A stretch of DNA of 64,000 nt, from the NCBI RefSeq assembly GCF_006345805.1, contig NC_043006.1, positions 37,076,001 through 37,140,000 on the forward strand, read 5' to 3'. The position numbers were made by a program, and so were the translations under genes. Of the stretch, positions 54,395 to 64,000 are shown in pieces; within the stretch, counting starts at the first letter, position 1, and every line of letters starts with the position of its first letter. Origin of the DNA: Octopus sinensis (taxonomy: Eukaryota). The notes below the pieces were generated by a model. That model saw nothing but the letters and a program-made list of their open reading frames with translations. It ran no database searches and was not told where the DNA came from.

Positions 54395-55195
54395 TTTTAC
54401 TATTGGCACTAGACCTGAAATTTGGGGCAAGGTCAGGAATGCGTAATCGATCAGACCGCTATATCGACCACAGTACTCGACTGGTACTTATTTTATCGAC
54501 CCCGAAAGCATGAAAGGCAAAAACGACCTCGGTGGAATTTGAGCTCAGAACGTAAAACCAGAATGTCGGTGTGCTAACGATTCCTTTTCTACTCTAGGCC
54601 TAAGGCCCGAAATTTTTCAGGTGTGGGGTACAATCGATTAGATAGACCCCAGTACGCAACTGGTACTTAATTTATCGAGTCCGAAAGAATGAAAGGCAAA
54701 TTCAACCTCGGCGGAATTTGAACTCAGAACGTAAAGACAGACTACCCACAAGGGGCTAAACACAGAGGGGACAAACAAGGACAGACAAACGGATTAAGTC
54801 GACTATATCGACCCCAGTGTGTAACTGGTACTTATTTAATCGACCCCGAAAGGATGAAAGGCAAAGTCGACCTCGGCGGAATTTGAACTCAGAACGTAAC
54901 GGCAGACGAAATGCCGCTAAGCATTTTGCCCGGCGTGCCAATGATTCTGCCAGTTGTCCGCCTTCACAAAGTTATGAATAATACCATGTAAATATTCTTT
55001 TCTACTCAAGGCTCAAGACCCGAACTTTTTGGTGAGGGGACCAGTCGATTAGATCGAACCCAGTACGCAACTGGTACTTAATTTATCAACCCCGAAAGGA
55101 TGAAAGGCAAAGTCGACCTCGGTGGAATTTGAACTCAGAAGGTAAAACCAAAAGAAATATCGGTGTGCTAACGATTCCGCCAGCTCACCACTTTG
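54395..55195 (-). mobile_element. Array of four F1 SINE units in the same orientation
   Basis: Four GGAATTTGA(A/G)CTCAGAA B-box reverse complements, at about 54535, 54715, 54880 and 55125, each with the F1 core. Confidence 0.9.
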
Positions 55196-55732
55196 ATTAG
55201 CATATGTTTAGTGTTGTATCTGCACGTTAAAAATGCTCCTTCTCGAGCCATGCCAGGCTCACAAGACCGGTTTCCCGGTTTCAGGGGCGTAGAAATTCCT
55301 CACCTGGACGGGACGCCGGTCCGCCGCAGGATTACTCATTTTTGCCAGCTAAGTGGACTGGAGCAGCGTGAAATGAAGTGTTTTGCTCAAGAACACAACG
55401 CACGCCCGGTCCAGGAATCGAAACCACAACCTTACAATCATGAGTTCAACACCTTAACCACTAAGTCACGCGCCTTCACATCTGAACGTTAGTTACGTAA
55501 AAAAATTTCATCAGCGCAGTGTGTGTTTACCTAGACAAGGTGAATGAGAATTAGATCCAGTTATGCAAAAGCTGGTGCTTTACCAATGCAATACGACATC
55601 ATTTACAATTGCTCGAACAAATTTGGTAACAAATTCGAGAGGAGTTTAGTATTCATGCATCATGTATGATACACATTCCGAATTTTTGTCAACCACCAGA
55701 ATAACTTGAGTCTTGTGAAAGGAAAGCTTTAT

Positions 55733-55933
55733 CAATTCTATATTTAAGAGATGAGGAATTATGTACATTATTTACATTATTTACATTTGATGGATATTTG
55801 TCATCTTTGTTTGTTGTTAATACAACGTTTCGACCCATATATGAAGGCTGGAGGGTATATCAGCCGAAACGTTATGTTAACAACAAATAAGATGAGGACA
55901 AATATCCGTCAAATGTAAATAATGTAAATAATT
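55733..55933. mobile_element. About 200-bp palindromic Penelope-like insertion with an 11-bp TSD
   Basis: Inverted arms 55767-55832 and 55865-55932. GAAAGCTTTAT occurs at 55722-55732 and 55934-55944. The centre holds GAAGGCTGGAGGGTATATCAGCCGAAACG, also present at 57499-57544 (-). Confidence 0.75.
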
Positions 55934-56049
55934 GAAAGCTTTATGTTATTTAGAACGTATTAAACAAAGATTAACTAAAAGTCTGCAAACAAACACGAAC
56001 CGTCTGGGACAAACTTACAAAAATTCTTTGGACAGGAAAAGGGTAAAGC

Positions 56050-56395
56050 CAGGGGTTCTCAACCATTTTTTTTATCTATGGACCCCTTTGTTTATTATTT
56101 TATTCTAGTACTCTGCCCTTACCCACCAGAGCCATTCGATGTTTTAAAAGTAGGTTTAGAGGTGCTTCTTTCAAAATTTCTATTTTGTTTTTCACACATT
56201 AACTTGTGTAGTTTAAACTATGTAAATCGCCAGAGAAAGGAATTTAGCTGCGTCTTTCAATAAATACATCAAAAACAAATTTCTTTTCACAGACCCTTAA
56301 AATACTACTGTATATACCCAATGTACTGTTTTGTTTTCGTGGAACCCCACAAAATTTTATATGGTCCTCTTGGGACCTGGTTGAGGACCAACATG
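56050..56395. mobile_element. hAT-type MITE, degraded right end
   Basis: Left TIR CAGGGGTTCTCAACCA and right TGGTTGAGGACCAAC. No clean TSD. Confidence 0.6.
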
Positions 56396-57498
56396 CCATT
56401 ACTTTCACCCAGTGGAATGATCTAGTCGCTTTCTCTCAAACCTGTATCATATCGCCTCACATCACTTTACGTTAAGCCATCAAAGAAGTTTATTTATGGG
56501 AGTTCTTTGAGAAGTGAGGTTGAAGTAGAATGGCTGGCGGCACCAGAGAAATCAAATTGATTGAAAGAGACATTTGATTGATAGAGATTTGGTTGACGCC
56601 ATTGGTTTAACCCAGTGGTATAATCTCTCAAAACTGCATCATATCATATCACGTCACATTACACTAAGCCATCAAAGGAGTTTCTTTATGGTGGTTTAGC
56701 CTGCTAGAAATAACAACGAAATCTCCCTCAAATCACATCTTACCGTCTTAGAAAAGAATACGTTAGATATCGTGATCCTGAACTTCCTAGCGCAACCATG
56801 TTTCGGTTTAGCCCCACTACTTGGCACCTTAGGCAAGTGTCTTCTAGTATAACCTTTGAATCGACCAATGCCTTGTGAATGAATCTGGCAGATAGACCCT
56901 CTCATGAAACACGATGCGTATTTTGGCGCGCGTGTGTAACATTTTGTTTATGTTTGTCACTCCTAATACCAATTGAAGATCTGTGTTGGTTTGTTTACGT
57001 TCCCGCAACTTAGTGGTTCGGCAAAATGGACTGACACAATGAGTATCGATCTGTAAGCCGAAACCCTTCAGGACGGTGGCGTTCAATGACTGAAACAAGT
57101 AAAAGATTAAAGAAAGAGAAAAGGCAGGAGGGTATGGCTTGAATTTCTTCCATTGCAGGTCCGCTCGACCCGAGCAATGACAAGTAATGACTTTAGAAAA
57201 GAAAATATTGCGGGAAAAGAAAAAAACACCCAAGGACATTTGGTGCATATTCCTTCCCCCATTAAAAAGGGTGCTAACATAATGAATGTAGTGAGTAAAT
57301 AAATAATTAATTAATGAAAATTGCACACCCTTGTCTTAGTAATTACACACCCTTGTCACAGTAATGAGTCAGAGACAGTAAAAACAACCGCTGATGGGAA
57401 ACGCTCTAAAAGTTTATAACGAGTCAAGGAGTGTAGTAACTATATATATATATATATATATATATGACGGATATTTTATCCTCATCTTGTTTGTTGTT

Positions 57499-57544
57499 AA
57501 CACAACGTTTCGGCTGATATACCCTCCAGCCTTCATCAAATGTC
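57499..57544 (-). ncRNA. Type I hammerhead motif (C3-to-U variant, loop-less palindromic helix III) in a (TA)n-flanked Penelope-like remnant (57466-57596)
   Basis: The minus strand reads GACAU-UUGAUGA-A-GGCUG-GAGGGUAUAU-CAGCC-GAAAC-GUU-GUGUU. Helix I is 5 bp with wobbles and helix II is 5 bp. Confidence 0.6.
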
Positions 57545-57709
57545 TTGGGGAAATTTCGAACCTGGGTTCTCATTCCTAAGTTATGTTTCGATGTTATATA
57601 TATATATATATATACCTATATATATATATGTCATATGTTCATATGTGTGTCCACATGTAGATCCTGTATTTACCTACCTACCTACCTACCTACCTACCTA
57701 CCTACCTAC

Positions 57710-57849
<140 letters not shown>

Positions 57850-58666
57850 GAGACCTAAGGATCTAGGCGTAGGAAAAAAGTTAGCTTCAAGCAATCAGTA
57901 GTAAATATAAAAAAACAACTTTCGGGAACAATAATGTTTTATTGAGGCGGAAGGTTGTGTTTTCTTTTTGTATCGAAGTACGATAAACTGAAAGGGAGTT
58001 CTTTTTTATTTTACGGTAGGCGACCAGTAATGCCGGGTATGCGAATAAGAATACAAGAGTTACGGAATGGAGTGGATAAGATCCGGTCTACATATGTTTC
58101 ATAGTGAACCGAACCTCGCTAATGAAACAAAGAGAGATAACTCAATACGAAGTAGAGTGAGGTGTATGGTTTATGTCGTTTCTACATCTGTTCCTGTTCT
58201 CATGCAACGGTTTTCCCGAATAGTTACTTAATGTTCTCACGAGAGAAAACCATACGAATCTGAAGGATCATCAAACAACTGAAATGAGCATTTACAGAGC
58301 TTCATACGCGTACTTTTGGACGTTTGATAATTATTTTCTTTCTCACAGTACCCCAGTCACTGATATTTCGGTACCATTTAGCAAACTAATTAGTCCTAGA
58401 GCCTAAAAAAATAAAATAAAATTTTTGGCTCTCATGCGTCAAATGTGACGATAGAATCATTCATCTGTTTGCATGTATGTATGTATGTATGTATGTATGT
58501 ATGTATGTATGTATGTATGTATGTATGTATGTATGTATGTATGTATGTATGTATGTATACACACACACACAGATAGACAGACAGATACATATAAACGTCA
58601 TATATTTGTGTGTGTATTGTACATATAGTAAATAATTATATATGTTATTACTACATACATATTTTA

Positions 58667-59920
58667 CAGGGTACGTAAGGTATTTGAGGACATACATTTT
58701 TGGGGTTACAACTGCATTTTTGCTAACTCTGTAAAATCTTTGTTTCAGAAAATAATAATGGTAGACCCTCAGCTTATTCAAGAAATGAAGAGGCATACTG
58801 TTATAAAAACTGAGCATAGCGATTTAGAAATATCTCGATTTTTAAAAGTTCCCAAATTGTTTATCTACAAAGTTTGTAAGGAGCTAGAGACTGAAGATGG
58901 AAATGTATCACCAGGATCAAAGCATAAAAAGCATTCTGAATGCTCTGAAGTCATCCAGCAAGTTCAACAATTTATCCAGCAAGTTCAACAAACTATTGAT
59001 TACAATCCCAGAAAGTCAATGAGGTCAATTGCAAAAGATCTCCATGTGTCAGAAGGTACAGTTAGAAATGTTGTTCACGAAGAAATCCTGTCTTATATGA
59101 TGAGGAAAGGTCAATTTGTCAGAAAAAACGAAAGAAAATCTCTACATCAGATCTAAAAGTCTCTAAAACAAATTGAAAAATGTAGCAGAAGATTTGATTT
59201 CGTTTTTTTTTTCAAGCAAGAAAAACTCCAACCAAGATCAAAAATTTAACAGGTGAAATGACAGATGGATATGTGTAGACCCTTCTGAAGTTCCAAGTGT
59301 TATGCATACAAAATTTCCTGCAGCTGTTATGGTTTTAGGGGTTGTCAGCAATGAAGGACATGTGATTCCTCCTTACTTCTTTCCACAAGGCCTTAGAGTT
59401 AACTCTGCTGCCTACATTGAAGTCCTGGAAGTAATTGTTAAGCCCTGAATAGACAGTGTATACAACGGAAGGCCATATGTGTTTCAGTAAGACTCTGCAC
59501 TATTACACATGGCTCTATTAACACAGGAATGGATGTCTGAAAACTTTCATGATCACATAACCCCTAACATTTGGCTTCCTAATTCCCCAGATCTCAATCC
59601 ATTGGACTATCACATGTGGAGCGTTGTTGAGAGAGAGGTCAATGAACACACCCATAACACCAAAGATCCTTTGAAAGCTGCAATAGTTAGAGTAATGTCC
59701 AAAATGAACCAGGACCACTTGATTCGAGCATGTTGATGATTTAGATCTCATATAGTAGCAGTTGTTGAAACTGAAGGTGGCTTTATTGAATAACATTATA
59801 GAAAAAAGGTTTATTTTCATCATCATAGCATCTTTTGATAAATAAAGTTGTTATCTGTTATTATATATCTGTTATTTTTTCTTATAAATATCAGTCTGTC
59901 CTCAAATATATTACGCACCT

Positions 59921-59922
<2 letters not shown>
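58667..59922 (+). mobile_element. Tc1/mariner DD37D (maT-type) transposon, full-length, transposase pseudogene about 58785-59793
   Basis: TIRs of about 29 bp (CAGGGTACGTAAGGTATTTGAGGACATAC / reverse complement CAAGGTGCGTAATATATTTGAGGACAGAC) with a 5' TA. HTH region (NPRKSMRSIAKDLHVSEGTVR), VMVLGVVSNEG, and FQ*DSA...WLPNSPDLNPLDY with 37 residues between the last two Asp. Stops and frameshifts are present and the first Asp appears lost. Confidence 0.92.
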
Positions 59923-59983
<61 letters not shown>

Positions 59984-60009
59984 AAATATATATATATATA
60001 CAGATATAT

Positions 60010-60067
<58 letters not shown>

Positions 60068-60572
60068 AAGGATTTATGTATATATTTATTATGTGTGTGT
60101 GTGTGTACTATATATATATGTATGCATAAGTGTATTTATATGTGCATGTCTGTGTTAGTGCGAATATGTATAAGTGAGAGTGAGTGAGAAAAAGAGAGTG
60201 AAAAGAAAATAGTGAGAGAGAAAGAGAGAGAGGGTGAAAGAGAAAGAGAGAGGATATATATAATCATTTACACGTGTTTACCTCTGGCTGCCCTCAGGTA
60301 AACTTCAGAGCGGATTAAGCTGGGGAAGAAAATGAATCCAGCCCTATTCTTCGAAATTAATCGCACGAGATCGCGTGAGGAAGGGTTTAATGGATTTTGA
60401 CAATCTCACTGACGGGCCTGGAGTTTCAGACGAAATTAAAGAGAAAGAGAGCGGCACTAACAGTCAGAGGGAGAAAGAGAGGAGAGAAAGAGAGAGAAGT
60501 GTATGAGAGATGATGCAAAAAGTATATAGAGAAATAGGGATAAATTGTAAACAGAGATGTGTTTGTGTAACA

Positions 60573-60847
60573 CAGTAGTCCCCAAACTTTTTCGAGTGGC
60601 CGCCCCCTTGACACCCAGACCACATTTCTAGTGCCCCCACCTCAACTAGCCATTACAAACATAGTCTTCTTTCTGAAGTAAATTCAAAGCAACTGTATTT
60701 CACAAATAAAACTTAACCTAATAAACCCATTATTTTGTTATTTTTACATGAATCGCTACTCCATTATCGCTCCATTTTTCTTCACCGCCCCCTTGGAACT
60801 TTCCACCGCTCCCAGTGGGGAAATACCGCCCACTTTGAGAACCACTG
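60573..60847. mobile_element. hAT (Charlie-like) MITE, 275 bp, perfect 8-bp TSD
   Basis: TIRs CAGTAGTCCCCAAAC / CTTTGAGAACCACTG. GTGTAACA occurs at 60565-60572 and 60848-60855. Confidence 0.9.
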
Positions 60848-61141
60848 GTGTAACATATTAAGTGTGTGTCTGTGTGAAAGCAAGGTGTGTTAAGGAGTTT
60901 GCTTTACGACCGTATGGTTCCAGGTTCAGTCCTTCTGCATATATATATATACGAGAATAATATTTTATGAACAAACTTAGAAGCGTCGTGTGGGTTGGTA
61001 TTCTATAGAAAATAAAAATAAAGTAAATTTTGAACGCAAGATAGCTGTGAAAACAGGCTAGAAAATTGGGTAAATACTCCTAGAAGATGGGAAAAGCCAG
61101 CAGGGGCTACAGAGAATATTATAATATATTGTTTATTATAT

Positions 61142-61189
<48 letters not shown>

Positions 61190-62738
61190 GTATGTATATA
61201 TATATGGGAGAGAGAGAGAGAAAGAGAAAGAGAAAGAGGGTGAGGGAGAGAAGGAAGGTAAATACTAGAGGTATCCTAGCGTCCAATATTAAAACCAGGA
61301 AGTGACCCAAGCGTTTGTAATACAACACTAAGTTTCCCCTTCTTGTTAGATGAAAATAGCGGTAAATAGTGCAAAATGGTGTAAATAAAGAGGGATGGTG
61401 TAATGTAACGGAAAACCACGTTAAACGACGCTAAATTGCACAAAATAAACGCAAAAAAACGCAACAAGTGTAAAACGAGGCAAATTATCTCAAACTAACG
61501 TAAAATATCATAAAATGTGCAAAATAACATAAATAAGTAGAAAGTAACGAAACACGTGCAACATTTCTTAAAATATCATGGAATTTGGGTAAAAGAAAGC
61601 AAAATATTATAAAACAGCATAGATTAGGCTAGTTCAACATATATCTACCTATGCAATACACGAGCCCATTGTCAGTGTTGCATCCTGGAATTATTTATTG
61701 TTTTAACACTTACAATATATAACCGCATCCAGGCGACTGGACCTAGGTTGATGAAGCCTAGGCCTGTATTTTACTCAGCGTTGCATTAACAATTAAGCAA
61801 AATAAGCACGTGATTAAGGGACCAACAGAAGGGGAAGACACCACAAAACTGATAAATAGTTTACAGCCCAAATGAAATCACTTTAAACTTGCTAAAATAA
61901 TTTTGAGAATCTGCTCAAATTCTTTGCAATTTAAAAGAGTAGGAGAAAACTTTTCACATATAAATGAAGTGGAAGTATACAAAAATAAACATTATTTTAC
62001 ATCTTACTCTTAGTTTTGTTTCATTTTGGAAGATAAAAGATTATTGTATGGTTTGTTATTATTTATATTTTGAACTGCTGAGGTGTCGAAACCATTATGA
62101 TATCTGTGGGGCAGCTGATGATGGAGGTATGTTGGATTGTTGGTATGGCTATTTTTGTATATGTGGAAAAGTATTGTAACACATCCTTTTGATATATAAG
62201 GGGTACCGAAATCTTTTAGGTGCTTAGGACCTTTATAGATCTTAATCAGGCACTGATTTTACAGATGCTCCACTAATCACTTATTTTCACCCATCGCTAT
62301 TTTAAAGTTTCTCAGCAGCCCCTATATTGTTCTTCATAGTTCATTTCTCTATTGTCTCAGGTTTCACAGGCCTTGCACCGGATACAATTTGCAAACCCAA
62401 GACTTCCAACCTCTACTGACAAACGCTTCGTTCTCCGCCCATTCTTGCTGAACTCCACCAATGCCCGTCTCTCTTCCTCTCTTGCGCTAACTCCAGTGGT
62501 AGCCTACACATGAATAATTATGTTACACTCATTTTTTAGTAAATATTTTACTCTTTATTAAAATCGAGTTCTCTCTATAGATGCTCGTTAGCTTATATAT
62601 TACATACATATATACAAACATACACATACGCGTGCGCACATACATTTACATACATACATTCATTTATATTTTGGTAGAGAAAGAGCCAAAGAGATTAAAA
62701 TGATTGAGTGAGTGAAAGGGTGAGTAAATACATAAATA

Positions 62739-62960
62739 TTGGGCTGGTGCATAATTATTGCGGCTTTTTTTTTTTTTCAACAAATTTTATTCAACAAAAA
62801 CAATAACAATATTTAACAAAATCATCTTTAAATGACGGTCTGACTGTCTTGCCAAGCAAATGGGAAGCAGTAATTGAAGTAGATGGTGAATATGCTCCGG
62901 AATAATCATTTAAAAATTGTTTTTGTTAAAAAAAGCCGCAATAATTATGCACCAACCCAA
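62739..62960 (+). mobile_element. Mariner-derived MITE, 222 bp, TA TSD
   Basis: TIRs TTGGGCTGGTGCATAATTATTGCGGCTTTTTT / AAAAAAGCCGCAATAATTATGCACCAACCCAA. It retains the transposase tail WEAVIEVDGEYAPE*. Confidence 0.92.
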
Positions 62961-63179
62961 TACATACATATACACACACATACATACATACATACATACA
63001 TACATACACATACACACACATACACACATACATACATACATACATACATACATACATACATACATACATACACATACACACATTTATTTATGTATGTATG
63101 AATACATATATTGTAGATACACCACGACACGAAATAAGAATCTGAAAATGTGACAACGCGGGAAGATTAAGTACAGAAA

Positions 63180-63790
63180 TGTATCACACGCACCCGCGTG
63201 CGCGCGCGCGCACACACACACCACACACACACATACGCACACACACGGATACCCACTTTTCTCTTTCTCTCTCTCTCTCTCACGCACACCCCAACACAAA
63301 TAGATCCCACGCAGAAACGTACATAAACACACACGCACACGCATACTCTCTTTGTCGCTCTCTCTCTCACACAGAGACATAGATATAGACTCTTCCATAC
63401 AGACACACACACACTCACGCACGGACGTCCACACAAACGCACACATTCATACACATACATACACACTCATACACAACCATGCAGAAACACACATGCACGC
63501 ACACAGACACACACACTCTCATATACGCACATCTTCATACAACACGTACACACACTCACACACACTCACACACACACACACACACACAGACACATAGATA
63601 CGCATAGATATACATACACACCACATTCACAATAGCATCTACATACTCACACTGGCACAGAAACATACAGATACGCACGCATATACACGCATCCTTACTA
63701 GAGCACTTAGACACACACACGCACACACAAATAAATACACACGCGCGCACACACTCATACAGCCCCATACACACACCACACACATACAAA
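63180..63790. repeat. Degenerate (CA)n-rich low-complexity field
   Basis: Directly visible. A similar field lies at about 21040-21345. Confidence 0.9.
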
Positions 63791-64000
63791 CGAAAGAAAG
63801 GTTGTTTATATCTTTTATTTGATGACAACCACCCTCCACCTCTCCTCATGAAATGTTCAACAGCAAAAGGTCATATGTCCAAGATGGCGACCTTTGCGTG
63901 TGACCCAACCTTTGGCTGACGCTTCATTATCAAACACCCGATAAAGCTCCGAAGTAGCAACCACCTCTGCCCTCCCCAAGCAACCCCCTCTCTCTTTTTG

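Noticed and set aside
60306-62255. Possible 1.95-kb hAT element bounded by CAGAGCGGATTAAG / CTTAATCAGGCACTG
   Set aside because: The 8-bp flanks (GTAAACTT vs ATTTTACA) do not match, and no transposase trace was seen.

Overview
This is AT-rich, repeat-saturated eukaryotic DNA that reads as intergenic or intronic, and I cannot support any intact host protein-coding gene. From recall only (not searched), the repeat families look like coleoid cephalopod (Octopus-type) sequence. Contents: (1) four R4/Dong-clade RLE-LINE remnants at 8.4-16.6 kb, embedded in (TAA)n tracts; (2) RTE and CR1-clade LINE remnants; (3) a DD37D (maT) Tc1/mariner pseudo-element, a mariner MITE, three hAT MITEs and two non-autonomous Helitrons; (4) dozens of tRNA-derived SINE copies from at least four families, including dimers and tandem arrays; (5) many short Penelope-like terminal-repeat remnants, mostly beside (TA)n. 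The most interesting signal is that these remnants carry type I hammerhead ribozyme folds from several unrelated sequence families. One, at 35556-35606 (+), has a fully canonical catalytic core and a GUC cleavage triplet, and others share recurrent core variants. Also notable are a 151-bp local templated insertion between two dead LINEs, a SINE dimer flanked by one 18-bp TSD, a 22-bp minisatellite seeded from a SINE head, and gapless foldback hairpins. Nearly all ORFs in the supplied track are microsatellite or antisense artefacts. Some duplicated segments differ mainly by 1-bp indels, so local assembly error is possible. SINE and fragment boundaries are approximate.
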